DNA of 64,000 nt from an uncultured candidate division Zixibacteria bacterium (GTDB lineage Bacteria > Zixibacteria > MSB-5A5 > UBA10806), in the NCBI GenBank assembly GCA_963817915.1, contig CAWFQL010000017.1:352001-416000 (forward strand). The letters are read 5' to 3'. Both the position numbers and the translations under genes were made by a program. How positions within the stretch are numbered: the stretch's first letter is position 1; each line of letters starts with the position of its first letter. Positions 10,089-20,509 of this stretch are shown one piece after another. The notes under the pieces are model-generated. The model was not told the DNA's origin. It did no database searches and was given only the letters and a program-made list of their open reading frames with translations.

Positions 10089-12506
10089 CTATTTTATCAT
10101 AACCATCTGTTTGACTATTTTTGTCGGTCCGGAATTAAATCTGTAGAAATATAATCCGCTCGAAACTTTATTCCCGTACTCGTTATCGCCATTCCATACA
10201 ATCCGATTCGCTCCAGCCGGGAATTGGCCCGATACCAGATTTTTCACAATTCGTCCAGCGATATCGAATACTGTGATTTCAGCCTTCCCGGCGGACGGCA
10301 TCTGAAAATCGATCGTTGTCGATGGATTAAATGGGTTCGGGAAATTCTGGCTGATTGTCGGATAAGCTGGCAACGGTAAATCTTCATTAGTGCCCGAAAG
10401 CGATCCGACCGTCACTAAATTTTGACCGGGAATATATCTGGGTTTGGTAGCAGTCACAGTCATTCTTCCGCTACCTAGCGGAGTAACGGTGAATTCTATA
10501 TTTCCAGAATTATCAGTCACGCCTGTCTGGAAAATATCTCCAGACATATATAAACATACGTTAGCTCCGGCCGATGGCCCATTGCTATCAGAAACTTGGT
10601 AGCTTATAGTCTGAGTCTCATTATCATTTATGTGAGAAGGGCCCGTTATTGAAAGATTACCCTCTATGGAAAGCCACATACTCATCTCGGGGTCCCCGAA
10701 AAGATTGTGACCATAATTGATATCGCGATAGCTCGGATTGTCAATTTTTGACAACGCTTCCGCTACTGCAAGTCTGCTTGTGGAATCCTGAAGAATATAT
10801 TGGATGAATTTGCTTTCGAGTCTATAGGATGATGATACCCATCCCCATCTGGTATTGCCAAGGAATGCTACACCGCCGCCAGGCTGTAAAACATAAGATT
10901 CTGCAAGGCAGTATGATGTGATCCATGGGCCCGGGTTAAAGATTCCTTTATCGAAATCATATGCGGCAACATCACAGCTAATCGAGTAATGTATCGCCGG
11001 CTTATCGACTGTGGTCAGGTGGTTAAAGCCTAATTCATCTGCATAATATAAGGTATCGCCCCATACTCGCGATCTGTCACTCCTGTTAAACCCTACCGAA
11101 CGGACCACATAAAATGATATGGCGCCGTGATTGAGGTTGGAAATAAATCCCCATCCTTCATTCATAAGGTTGATTACATCAACCGCCGAAGGACCCGTAG
11201 GAGCAGATGAACCGCCGGTCGGCTGTTCAATTAGCGAAGTTGCGTTAACATTAAAATTCGATGGCATCAAAGCTGAAAGGACTACATGCTGATTGAAATC
11301 ACGCATTTCGTCGGCACAGATAAACAAGGCTTTAGTCAAATAACTTGGATCGCCATTGCCGGGATTTTTCTCGTAGTTAACTGCTTTTGTAGTCCATAAA
11401 AGAGCCTGGTCTGCGGTTCTTGCCGGTACACGCCCAACATAAATTTCAGGATAATAATCCGGATGATCCTGAATTGATTCGCCCCAGACGCCATCATTAT
11501 CAAAATCCCAATCGCCCGTGAGATCGGAATAGTATATATCGCCAACCTGCTGGCTGCCCAGTGCAGGTATGGAATTACTTATATTTCCAGGATATAAATA
11601 TCTTATTGGAATTACGTCTTCGTCGCCGCCCAGTATAACCCATCTGACACCGTTATTGTATGCCTGAATAAGATAATTACGCAGCCTTTCAGCGTTATCT
11701 CTGCCCGATGACGTTCCCAAAACATCTTCAATAAAAACTAGATTCGCGGGAAGTCCCTTCTGATTTTTCCATTCTATATATGGACCGAATCCTGGCGCGA
11801 TTGCGGCGGAAGTAATAATCAAAAACTGCGGTACATTTATATCAGTCGCAAATCCAACTTTTCCCATGGGAGGTAATGATGTGAACATCGGCAGATCGGC
11901 TTTATTATCTATAAGATTACTGACTTCCTTATAGGCAAATCGATCGCTGGCTAGCCGAAGATTATTGCCGGATGTTCTCGGAGATAAATTAAAATGCACC
12001 ATGATTCTGGGATAGAAAATTATTTCCCTGGATAATGGTTTGAATGCGACCGGATAGACGGCGATACTGGCCAGATGAATATCACCCCAATAGCCGGAGC
12101 TGAGAATTTCAACGCGGGTATTTGGATAAATTTCATCTTTTCCATATATCTGCATGTCCGGTGCGTCGGCCGTATCGGGACCATCGAGATCTGTTCTTTG
12201 ATCGCCCTTCACATAGTCAATATTATACCCCTGCCCAATTGACTGAGGCAATCCCAGTTCTACAGTAATACCGTCAACATCAGTTTCAGGTGGAAGTACG
12301 ATTTTTACAATCTTATATCCTATGGATGGCGCCCCAGGGACAAGGTTTAGCTCGCCTTGTGCAATCGTCGCCTGACCATTCGATAGATCTATCGTGCTCC
12401 CATCCGTTTCGATAATATAATCGAAACTCTCTTGTGCTGACTGCCCGGAGTCAGCGTAACTCGCAGAAATCAATAAAGTTAGGATGAATATCAGCGTGCT
12501 TTTCAT
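10089..12506 (-). CDS. C25-family (gingipain-like) cysteine peptidase with propeptide, Ig-like domain and FlgD/T9SS-type C-terminal domain
   Basis: Start reassigned to ATG 12506 (SD aaggaggg, signal peptide MKSTLIFILTLLISASYA). 'WKNQKG', 'ILGGDED', 'DIYYSDL', 'VGRVP', catalytic 'NHG' and 'SISC', 'NLFGDPE'; tail 'QNFPNPFNPST...WNG....G..VSSGLYFYR...KQMVMIK'. Confidence 0.88.
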   Translation of the reverse strand: MKSTLIFILTLLISASYADSGQSAQESFDYIIETDGSTIDLSNGQATIAQGELNLVPGAPSIGYKIVKIVLPPETDVDGITVELGLPQSIGQGYNIDYVKGDQRTDLDGPDTADAPDMQIYGKDEIYPNTRVEILSSGYWGDIHLASIAVYPVAFKPLSREIIFYPRIMVHFNLSPRTSGNNLRLASDRFAYKEVSNLIDNKADLPMFTSLPPMGKVGFATDINVPQFLIITSAAIAPGFGPYIEWKNQKGLPANLVFIEDVLGTSSGRDNAERLRNYLIQAYNNGVRWVILGGDEDVIPIRYLYPGNISNSIPALGSQQVGDIYYSDLTGDWDFDNDGVWGESIQDHPDYYPEIYVGRVPARTADQALLWTTKAVNYEKNPGNGDPSYLTKALFICADEMRDFNQHVVLSALMPSNFNVNATSLIEQPTGGSSAPTGPSAVDVINLMNEGWGFISNLNHGAISFYVVRSVGFNRSDRSRVWGDTLYYADELGFNHLTTVDKPAIHYSISCDVAAYDFDKGIFNPGPWITSYCLAESYVLQPGGGVAFLGNTRWGWVSSSYRLESKFIQYILQDSTSRLAVAEALSKIDNPSYRDINYGHNLFGDPEMSMWLSIEGNLSITGPSHINDNETQTISYQVSDSNGPSAGANVCLYMSGDIFQTGVTDNSGNIEFTVTPLGSGRMTVTATKPRYIPGQNLVTVGSLSGTNEDLPLPAYPTISQNFPNPFNPSTTIDFQMPSAGKAEITVFDIAGRIVKNLVSGQFPAGANRIVWNGDNEYGNKVSSGLYFYRFNSGPTKIVKQMVMIK

Positions 12507-12545
12507 TTTCCCCTCCTTGAGTGAACTCAATACGATTAAGACTTG

Positions 12546-12561
12546 AGCAACATGGATGCCG
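12546..12561 (-). promoter_or_regulatory. Sigma54-type -24/-12 promoter of the C25 peptidase
   Basis: Minus strand reads CGGCATCCATGTTGCT (GG-N10-GC), about 40 nt upstream of ATG 12506. Confidence 0.6.
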
Positions 12562-12752
12562 GGGCAGTATTGCTTAGGTATCGGTCTGGAACGGCCCTGT
12601 AAGACATTAATAAATATACGGTTACAATAGAGGAGCATATTGCCTCGGTATAACCTTTTCCGATAGACAGGAGTTTTATATGGGATTCGGCCTATATTCA
12701 TCGCTGTATTGCAATATCTTTAAATAATCTACAACTTTGTGAAAGTTTTTTC

Positions 12753-12797
12753 TTGACGATTGTGGGTCAAAATGGATATATAGTGGGTAAAAGTGGG
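12753..12797 (+). promoter_or_regulatory. dcw promoter region with MraZ-binding GTGGG direct repeats
   Basis: TTGACG at 12753; GTGGG at 12762, 12783 and 12793 plus a degenerate ATGGA at 12772, at about 10-bp spacing. Confidence 0.7.
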
Positions 12798-12810
12798 AGG
12801 GGTTCCTAAG

Positions 12811-13254
12811 TTGGCGACATTTAAGGGTACTTATTACTATTCGATAGACCACAAAGGTCGAATTAACATTCCTTCAAAGTTTCGGGGCAAGTCCGAATCG
12901 CCCGCCGACGAAAGCTATGTTGTCGTTCGCGGTTTTGAAGGATGCCTTTATATTTACCCTTATGATTCCTGGTCCAAAATCGAGGAAAAACTCTCCGCTT
13001 TGAAAACCATTTCCGATGCTAAGGCTCGCTTGTTTGTCAGAACCATCATGGCCAACGCCGCCGATTTGAAAATCGACGGTCAGGGAAGAATATCAATTCC
13101 TCAAAGCCTGCTGGAATTGGCGAATATCAAAAAGGATGTTGTGATTAGAGGGGTTTTGGATAAGTTCGAGCTCTGGGATCCCGAGATATTAAAACAATAT
13201 GAAACGAACCAGCCCAGTTCATACGAAGATGTGGCTGGCGAGCTACTGATTTAA
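12811..13254 (+). CDS. mraZ: Transcriptional regulator MraZ
   Basis: 'FKGTY...IDHKGRINIPSKFR', 'IDGQGRISIP', 'FELWD'; TTG start at 12811 follows SD ggaggg. Confidence 0.95.
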   Translation: MATFKGTYYYSIDHKGRINIPSKFRGKSESPADESYVVVRGFEGCLYIYPYDSWSKIEEKLSALKTISDAKARLFVRTIMANAADLKIDGQGRISIPQSLLELANIKKDVVIRGVLDKFELWDPEILKQYETNQPSSYEDVAGELLI

Positions 13255-14156
13255 TGATTGACCATGTGCCTGTAATGGCACACGAAATTGTTGAAATTTT
13301 CGGCAGCGCCCCTGGTGGATATCTGGTGGATACCACTTTCGGGCTGGGTGGCCATTCAAAGGAAATAAATCGTGCGTTCGGGAAAAAATTCAAAATTATT
13401 GGCATTGATCGCGACCAGGAAATAATCAATAGATGGCAAACTAATTTGGTTGATGGGATAGAACTGCGGAAAATGAATTTCTCTAATGTAGCTTCGTTTC
13501 TAATTAAAGAAAATATTCAGCCAATCTCAGGGGTCCTTTTTGATCTCGGTCTTAATTCAGCGCAGCTTGATGAACCGGAACGCGGATTTTCATTTCAGCG
13601 CCCGGGTCCATTGGATATGAGATTCGATCGCAGTACAGGGCTCTCAGCTTTCGATGCAATAAAAAGTATGAACGAAAAAGAATTGATTTTCATTTTAAAG
13701 GAATACGGGCAGGAACGAAATTCCCGTTCGATCGCGCGGGCGATACTTCGAGATAAACCCGAACGCACCGAGCAGCTCGCCCAGATTATTCAGGACATAG
13801 TCGGTCATCAGAGATTTACCAAGACCGCCGCCAGAGTCTATCAAGCATTGAGAATTTATCTTAATAATGAATTGAATGAATTGCAGATCGCTTTGAAAAG
13901 CATCATCCCGCTGATCGTAACGGGTGGCAGGATAGTAGTATTATCTTATCATTCATTGGAAGACGGTATCACCAAAAGATTATTCCAACTCTATTCCGGG
14001 AAATGTTTTTGCGGGCCGAATGTGCCCCAATGTATATGCGGGGCCTCTAAAATGTTAAAAATTATGACCAAAAAACCTTTAATGGCTGGTGAAGATGAAG
14101 TGGCCCAAAATCCCAGGTCACGATCAGCAAGATTGAGATATGCCGAGAGGATATAA
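13254..14156 (+). CDS. rsmH: 16S rRNA m4C1402 methyltransferase
   Basis: 'HVPVM', 'D.TFGLGGHS', 'DLGL.S.QLD...RGFSF', 'LDMR', 'SYHSLED', 'NPRSRSARLR'. Confidence 0.96.
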   Translation: MIDHVPVMAHEIVEIFGSAPGGYLVDTTFGLGGHSKEINRAFGKKFKIIGIDRDQEIINRWQTNLVDGIELRKMNFSNVASFLIKENIQPISGVLFDLGLNSAQLDEPERGFSFQRPGPLDMRFDRSTGLSAFDAIKSMNEKELIFILKEYGQERNSRSIARAILRDKPERTEQLAQIIQDIVGHQRFTKTAARVYQALRIYLNNELNELQIALKSIIPLIVTGGRIVVLSYHSLEDGITKRLFQLYSGKCFCGPNVPQCICGASKMLKIMTKKPLMAGEDEVAQNPRSRSARLRYAERI

Positions 14157-14577
14157 GAGAAAACGCGGAGGCAACCCCAGGAGGACAATGCTGGTCATAA
14201 TGGTGCCGATTTTGGCGCTCGTTATTTGTATTGTCTGGATATGGAAAGCTGATATGGTCAAGGCCTATTATTCAAAGATGAAAAATCTTGAGGCTGAAAG
14301 AGATGAATTGGTCAACGAAATTTCCGGCAGAAGAGCGATTCTGTCCGAATTAAAATCCTGGACGGAAATTGAAAAAGTCGTGACAGTGCGTTTCGGGCTT
14401 ACCCAGAAGGTCATGGACCGGATAATTATTTCAGATCCGGTTAAGGCAAGGAAAGTCGAACCTAAAAGCATGTATGTAGATAAGACCGGAGTATATGATT
14501 GGATTGAAGACGCCGTTTTCGGGGCGGGGAAGGTCTTGGCCGAGCCTCGACCAATGAAAGGTCCAAAAGACAAATGA
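14140..14577 (+). CDS. ftsL: FtsL-like cell division protein
   Basis: Lies between rsmH and ftsI; basic N-tail, one TM helix, heptad coiled coil. Confidence 0.6.
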   Translation: MPRGYKRKRGGNPRRTMLVIMVPILALVICIVWIWKADMVKAYYSKMKNLEAERDELVNEISGRRAILSELKSWTEIEKVVTVRFGLTQKVMDRIIISDPVKARKVEPKSMYVDKTGVYDWIEDAVFGAGKVLAEPRPMKGPKDK

Positions 14578-16547
14578 GAATCCTTAATCGCGATACTGTC
14601 ATGAATAGGGGCAAAGCTCTGATCTTAATACTAGCCCTAATGGGAATTATTTTTACTCTTCGCGCAGGTCAAATACAAATTATTGATCAGGAAAAATTCG
14701 CAAGCTACGCATTGTCGCAGCAGCAGTCGACCATGCCCTTGAAAGCCAAACGCGGATCGATATTTGATCGTAACGGCAAATTACTCGCCTATGATGTTGA
14801 ATCCAAAACGTATGCTTTGAATCCGGCGAATATCACCGATCAAAATGATGCCGCAATCAAGCTTTCTCATATTACCAGCGAAAAGGCGCAATATTGGAAA
14901 GAGCAATTTCAAAAGCACCCCGGCTACTTGGTGGTCGCCAGAAAAGTGCTCATGGAGCAGCAGTCACTATATGAAAACTCCGGCATACCGACTTTGAAAG
15001 GCCGGACCGAAAGCACAAGAATATATCCGTTTGGCGATCTTGCAACTGAAGTTATTGGTAAAACCGGTGTAGACAATTATGGTCTTTCGGGTTTGGAGAA
15101 ATTTTACGACAGCCAATTATCAGGGATCGACGGCAAATCCATTTATTTGCGCGATGCTCGCGGCAGAGAAATTACGGCTTGGGAGCATACCCTGGTTCTT
15201 CCCCAAAATGGGAACGATATATATCTCTCCATCGATGTCGACTTTCAGCAAATTGTCGAAAACGAGCTTCAGCGGATGCTCGACTCAAGTGGGGCGAAGT
15301 GGGGATCTGCCATATTTTTGGACGTTTTAGATGGCGGAATACTTGCCTGCGCAACCAACGAAGCGGACGAGCCAGACTTTCCTCGATGCCGAAGTATTGT
15401 TGATGTGAATGAACCCGGCTCAACCGCAAAATTGATTCCGCTCGCCACTGTTTTCCAGCAGCGATTGTATGAACCTTTTGATGTTATTAACGTAGAAGGT
15501 GGCAAATACAATCTCGGCGGCAAAGTCATCACAGACGATCATCCATTTGATCATCTTCAAGTAGATGAAATTGGTATCTTCTCATCTAATATAGGCGCGA
15601 CAAAATTAGGGCTTCGTGCTGGTCCAACCTTAATTCATAATACATTATTAGAATTCGGATTTGGCGCCAAGACGGGTGTTGATTTCCCGGGCGAAATAAA
15701 AGGCGCGGTATACAGACCCGAAAAATGGACAAATCATTTTCTGGCCAATGTATGCTTCGGTTATGGGATTACGGCCAGCGCGATTCAAATTGCCTCCGCT
15801 TACGGAGTCGTCGCGTCGGGTGGCGATTTGTTAAAACCATATTTCGCCAACAAATTAGTTGCTCCCGATGGTAGTGAAAAAATCCTCAATTCAAAAGTCG
15901 TGTTGAGAAAAGTACTTGATGAACGAACTGTTAAAATTATGAACGATATTTTGAGAAAGGTAGTGCTATTGGGCACCGCCAAGAAGGCCATGAACGACCT
16001 CTGTCCAGTTTCGGGAAAAACCGGTACTGCTTTAAGAACCAACAAAGGGGGACGTGGCTACGATCGCCGAAGGGCACTGGCGTCATTCGCCGGATTTTTT
16101 CCGACAACCGCTCCAAGGGTGGTTGGGGTGGTCATGTTTGACGAGCCGCGGTTAAGCATATATGGAGGCGATATATCTGCGCCGGTACTAAGTAATATTG
16201 CCAGACGCTACAGCAGCCTGCCCGGAAATGATATGTTGGCAGAATCAAGCATTGATTCTTTAAAAGCTATTGAGAAGATTCTGGTGGCATCAGCCGGTGG
16301 AGCGAAAGCGGTTAATTTGGCATTTCAAAAACCCGCTAAGGATGAAATCACCATTGAAAAGATATATCCGCTGGGGACAGTGCCCGATTTCACCGGGCAA
16401 ACCCTGCGCGATGCCATGCGGGAAGCTCATAATTTAGGATTGGATTGCACTATCAGCGGCTCTGGAATAGTAGTTTCACAATCACCTGAGCCCGGGACCG
16501 TAATTGACAGTGTTAGCATTGTCGTCCTTGTAGGTGAAGCCGAATGA
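14574..16547 (+). CDS. ftsI: Class B penicillin-binding protein (FtsI/PBP3) with C-terminal PASTA domain
   Basis: 'RGSIFDRNG', 'RIYPFG', 'GLSGLE', SxxK 'EPGSTAK', 'SSN', 'GKTGTA'; PASTA-like 'VPDFTG...GSG.VVSQSP.PG'. Confidence 0.92.
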   Translation: MRILNRDTVMNRGKALILILALMGIIFTLRAGQIQIIDQEKFASYALSQQQSTMPLKAKRGSIFDRNGKLLAYDVESKTYALNPANITDQNDAAIKLSHITSEKAQYWKEQFQKHPGYLVVARKVLMEQQSLYENSGIPTLKGRTESTRIYPFGDLATEVIGKTGVDNYGLSGLEKFYDSQLSGIDGKSIYLRDARGREITAWEHTLVLPQNGNDIYLSIDVDFQQIVENELQRMLDSSGAKWGSAIFLDVLDGGILACATNEADEPDFPRCRSIVDVNEPGSTAKLIPLATVFQQRLYEPFDVINVEGGKYNLGGKVITDDHPFDHLQVDEIGIFSSNIGATKLGLRAGPTLIHNTLLEFGFGAKTGVDFPGEIKGAVYRPEKWTNHFLANVCFGYGITASAIQIASAYGVVASGGDLLKPYFANKLVAPDGSEKILNSKVVLRKVLDERTVKIMNDILRKVVLLGTAKKAMNDLCPVSGKTGTALRTNKGGRGYDRRRALASFAGFFPTTAPRVVGVVMFDEPRLSIYGGDISAPVLSNIARRYSSLPGNDMLAESSIDSLKAIEKILVASAGGAKAVNLAFQKPAKDEITIEKIYPLGTVPDFTGQTLRDAMREAHNLGLDCTISGSGIVVSQSPEPGTVIDSVSIVVLVGEAE

Positions 16548-18049
16548 TATTACTTGTTGCTGATGATATAGCCAAATTTGATGCCGGCATGACAATTAAG
16601 CATCTTGTCAGGGGGCTTAAATTGGATTTGCCCTCCGAAGTCGCTGATATCAAGATTTCCGGTCTGACAGATGATTCGCGCAAGGTGAATCACGGAGATT
16701 TATTCCTGGCGATCCCGGGAAATTCAATTGATGGCAGAAATTATATAAATGAAGCGGCTTCCCTGGGCGCGTCGGCAATATTGACAACAACCGGCAAGAA
16801 ATTCGATGCCACTATTCCGATTATATATGTCGAAAATATTCGAAACGTCGTCGCAGTCATTGCCAGCCAATTTTTCGGCCAGCCTTCGGCCAAGATGAAA
16901 GTCGCGGGAATAACCGGCACGAACGGTAAGACAACAGTCACGTTCATGCTAGCTCGAATTTTCGAAAGCCTCGGTAAAAAATGGGGGAAGATCGGCACAA
17001 TCGGATATTATATAGGTGATCAGCTGATTCCGTCATCCAATACTACTCCAGGCTCTGTAGAGCTTCAACGTCACCTTGCGGAAATGGTTAAAATCGGCCT
17101 TGATGGCTGTGCCATGGAAGTATCGTCACATGCGCTCGATCAAAATAGATGCGATAGCGTGCAATTTGCGTCGGCGACATTTACCAATCTGACTCAGGAT
17201 CATCTGGATTATCATCCTAATATGGAAGCATACTTCATAGCCAAAGCGAGATTATTCGAAAACGCGCCCGTCTCGATTGTCAATATCGACGATCAATACG
17301 GAGTAAAATTGCATAATAGGCTCACATCCAAATGCATCACCTACGGAACGGATTCACAAGCTGATTTGCATTTTGAATCTATAAAAGCTGACGTGAATAG
17401 ATCTCTATTGAAATTCAAATATCAGGGACAGACCGCGGAGTTAGACCTGCATCTCCCCGGATGGTTTAATCATCAGAATGCCGCGGCCGCTATCGGTACC
17501 GCTATCGGATTGGGAGTACCATTCGCTCAGGCGGTTAACGGGTTATCTCAGGCACCAAGTGTCCCGGGCCGTCTCCAGCCCGTGAAGATGGGCCAGCCAT
17601 TCGGAGTGTATGTTGATTATGCCCACACGCCCGACGCATTAGAAAAACTACTCATGAGCCTGAGACGATTTAATCCTAAAAGATTGATAGTCGTATTTGG
17701 TTGTGGCGGTGATCGCGATAAGAAGAAACGGCCGTTAATGGGAGAAGTTGTATCGAAAAACGCTGATGTCGCTTTCGTGACATCCGATAATCCCCGCTCG
17801 GAAGAGCCTTCGGCAATTTTGAAGGATATTGTCAAAGGAATAACTGATAAGAAAAAGTGTCAGGTTATCGAAGATAGATCCCAGGCGATCAAAGCCGCCC
17901 TGTCAGTCGCAGGCGCCGGAGATATTGTCGTAATTGCCGGTAAAGGGCATGAAGAATATCAGATCGTTGGAAATGTAAGAAAATATTTTTCCGATATTGA
18001 GGTTTCAAAATCGGCTTTGAAAAAACTTGGATATGCCAGTAATGATTGA
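16544..18049 (+). CDS. murE: UDP-MurNAc-tripeptide synthetase (meso-DAP type)
   Basis: 'DSRKV', 'GITGTNGKTT', 'MEVSSHAL', 'VDYAHTPD', 'DNPR', 'AGKGHE'. Confidence 0.96.
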   Translation: MILLVADDIAKFDAGMTIKHLVRGLKLDLPSEVADIKISGLTDDSRKVNHGDLFLAIPGNSIDGRNYINEAASLGASAILTTTGKKFDATIPIIYVENIRNVVAVIASQFFGQPSAKMKVAGITGTNGKTTVTFMLARIFESLGKKWGKIGTIGYYIGDQLIPSSNTTPGSVELQRHLAEMVKIGLDGCAMEVSSHALDQNRCDSVQFASATFTNLTQDHLDYHPNMEAYFIAKARLFENAPVSIVNIDDQYGVKLHNRLTSKCITYGTDSQADLHFESIKADVNRSLLKFKYQGQTAELDLHLPGWFNHQNAAAAIGTAIGLGVPFAQAVNGLSQAPSVPGRLQPVKMGQPFGVYVDYAHTPDALEKLLMSLRRFNPKRLIVVFGCGGDRDKKKRPLMGEVVSKNADVAFVTSDNPRSEEPSAILKDIVKGITDKKKCQVIEDRSQAIKAALSVAGAGDIVVIAGKGHEEYQIVGNVRKYFSDIEVSKSALKKLGYASND

Positions 18050-19421
18050 AAGCTCTAAGGCTTTATTTACGATTCGTGAGGTTGGTGAAATCTTGGGGTC
18101 ATCTTCGGAGGGGGATCCCGGATTTCACCAAACTCCTATATATGGAGTGAGTACAGATAGCAGGAATATCGAACCCGACGAGCTCTTCGTGGCATTGCAT
18201 GGTGCAAACCATAATGGCCATGATCATATTGACGAGGCGCTCGAGCACGGGGCCTCTGCTGCAATTATCGAAAAGAAGGAAGCATCCAAACGAAATCTAA
18301 AGGGGCCGAAATATATAGTTGTTGAAAATTCGCTTTATGCTCTCGGACAGTTGGCAAAATATTATCGGAATAAAATTGACGCGAGGATTATCGGTGTCAC
18401 CGGCTCCAATGGCAAGACAACTGTCAAAAATTTAGTTTATGAGATAATTTCAAATATCGCACCATCCTTAAAATCTCAAGGTAATTTCAATAATCTCATT
18501 GGATTGCCCAATTCGATTTTTTCATTAACTGAAAAGCATAAATACGCGGTTTTCGAACTTGGGATGAGCGCGAGGGGCGAAATCAGAAGATTGAGCGAAA
18601 TTGCCTCACCCGATATTGCGGTGATTACCAATGTCGGCCCGGTTCATCTTGAATTTCTGAAGACTATCGAGGAAGTCGCGAAAGCCAAATTGGAGATTAT
18701 CGAAAATCTAAAGTCAGGTTCTTACCTCGTCATCAATGGCGATGACAAACTCCTGACAAAAAATCTAAAGAAGGCCAATCTCAATATCATTAAATTTGGA
18801 CTGGCGCCTTCGAATGATATTTTCCCTTCGGAACTCGAATACGATAATGATCAAAAACCGCATTTTAAGATTGATAAATATGATTTTCACCCAAATCTGC
18901 CCGGTATTCATAATGTTTATAATATCCTCGCTGCCATGGGTGTAGCAAAGGCGTTAAATACAGATATGAAAAAAGCCGCCGAGGCGATCAACGCTTTTGT
19001 CCCTGAGGGGATGAGATCCGAAATTGTGCATGTTGGCGGTATGACATTATTAATCGATTGCTATAATGCCAATCCAACTTCCATGAAATTCGCGTTAGAG
19101 ACCTTATCAAAGATAAATACCTCCGGCCGGAAAATAGCGATTCTGGCTGACATGCTTGAACTTGGAGAGCATGCCTCAGACTATCACAAAGAAATTGGGT
19201 CGTTTGCAAAGAATAATGGCATCGATATCGTGCTTGCGTATGGGCCGTTATCGAAAGGTATTATCGAAGGATTTGGCAAGAGCGGGCGTCATTTTACGAG
19301 TAAACCCGAACTTATAAAAATACTTACAAATTATATCAAGCCCGATGATGCCATACTTTTCAAGGGGTCGCGCGGAATGGCATTGGAAGAAGTGGTCAAA
19401 GAGATAAGGGGAAAATTATAA
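18042..19421 (+). CDS. murF: UDP-MurNAc-pentapeptide synthetase
   Basis: 'STDSR', 'GVTGSNGKTT', 'NFNNLIGLP', 'ELGMS', 'DCYNANP.SM', 'DMLELG', 'KGSRG'. Confidence 0.95.
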   Translation: MIESSKALFTIREVGEILGSSSEGDPGFHQTPIYGVSTDSRNIEPDELFVALHGANHNGHDHIDEALEHGASAAIIEKKEASKRNLKGPKYIVVENSLYALGQLAKYYRNKIDARIIGVTGSNGKTTVKNLVYEIISNIAPSLKSQGNFNNLIGLPNSIFSLTEKHKYAVFELGMSARGEIRRLSEIASPDIAVITNVGPVHLEFLKTIEEVAKAKLEIIENLKSGSYLVINGDDKLLTKNLKKANLNIIKFGLAPSNDIFPSELEYDNDQKPHFKIDKYDFHPNLPGIHNVYNILAAMGVAKALNTDMKKAAEAINAFVPEGMRSEIVHVGGMTLLIDCYNANPTSMKFALETLSKINTSGRKIAILADMLELGEHASDYHKEIGSFAKNNGIDIVLAYGPLSKGIIEGFGKSGRHFTSKPELIKILTNYIKPDDAILFKGSRGMALEEVVKEIRGKL

Positions 19422-19422
19422 A

Positions 19423-20508
19423 ATGCTTTATGATCTCTTAGTCCCATTGAGCAAGTACATTTCAGGCTTCAATCTATTTAAATACATTACTTTCAGAACA
19501 GCCTATGCGACAGTTACCGCCATGCTTATCAGCTTTCTCTTTGGCAATCTCTTTATAGCCTACCTTAAAAAATATCAGGTGCAGGAAAATATCCGCAAAG
19601 ACGGTCCCGATACGCATTTTAAGAAGGAAGGCACACCTACTATGGGAGGCCTTCTAATACTCGTATCGATAATAATCCCTTCACTGCTTTGGGCTGATCT
19701 CACCAATCGATATATTCACCTTGTCCTTTTCGTGACTCTATGGATGGGTTGTATCGGCTTTATGGATGATTATTTAAAAGCGAAGCGAAAAGAGCGAAAG
19801 GGACTTGTCGCCAGAAAGAAATTTGTGGGCCAGGTGCTTTTAGGACTTATTCTGGGCGCGGCGCTTTATTTCTTTCCACCGGATGCGGATTTTACTACCG
19901 CCACGGATTTGCCATTTTTTAAATCATATTATCTCGATTTTGGAGTGTTCTATATTCCATTTGTTGTTCTGGTAATTACCGGGGCATCCAATGCTGTAAA
20001 TCTAACAGACGGTCTCGACGGACTTGCGATAGGACTGGTAGGCATTTGCGCGTTAGCATTTGCGGGGCTGTGCTATATTACAGGCAGAATAGACTTTTCG
20101 CGATATCTTGATATCCGCTATCTAAAAGGCGCGGGAGAATTGACCATCTTCTGTGGGGCCATGCTTGGGGCGTGTCTGGGATTTCTCTGGTTCAATTCCA
20201 ATCCTGCAAAAGTATTTATGGGGGACACGGGCGCGCTCGCGTTGGGTGGCGCTTTAGGGGCCATATCGCTCCTTATAAAAAAGGAGTTCCTGCTGGTCGT
20301 AATGGGCGGCGTATTCGTGCTTGAAGCAGTCTCAGTCATAATACAGGTTTTATATTTCAAGGCGACCGGGAAACGGGTATTCAAGATGGCGCCCTTGCAT
20401 CATCATTTCGAATTATTAGGATGGAAAGAGCAGCAGGTCGTTGTCCGTTTCTGGATATTGGGGATTATTTTCGCATTGGTAACCTTAAGCACATTGAAGA
20501 TCAGGTGA
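19423..20508 (+). CDS. mraY: Phospho-N-acetylmuramoyl-pentapeptide transferase
   Basis: 'KEGTPTMGG', 'GFMDDY', 'NAVNLTDGLDGL', 'VFMGDTG', 'MAPLHHHFE'. Confidence 0.97.
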   Translation: MLYDLLVPLSKYISGFNLFKYITFRTAYATVTAMLISFLFGNLFIAYLKKYQVQENIRKDGPDTHFKKEGTPTMGGLLILVSIIIPSLLWADLTNRYIHLVLFVTLWMGCIGFMDDYLKAKRKERKGLVARKKFVGQVLLGLILGAALYFFPPDADFTTATDLPFFKSYYLDFGVFYIPFVVLVITGASNAVNLTDGLDGLAIGLVGICALAFAGLCYITGRIDFSRYLDIRYLKGAGELTIFCGAMLGACLGFLWFNSNPAKVFMGDTGALALGGALGAISLLIKKEFLLVVMGGVFVLEAVSVIIQVLYFKATGKRVFKMAPLHHHFELLGWKEQQVVVRFWILGIIFALVTLSTLKIR

Positions 20509-20509
20509 C

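Noticed and set aside
10089..12506. Calling the C25 protein PorU
   Set aside because: The propeptide, C25, Ig, CTD layout and length of about 805 aa fit gingipain-like cargo better; a phylogeny is needed.
12507..12701. 65-aa N-terminal extension of the C25 ORF in the ORF track
   Set aside because: The SD, signal peptide and promoter motif all point to ATG 12506; the extension covers the divergent promoter region.
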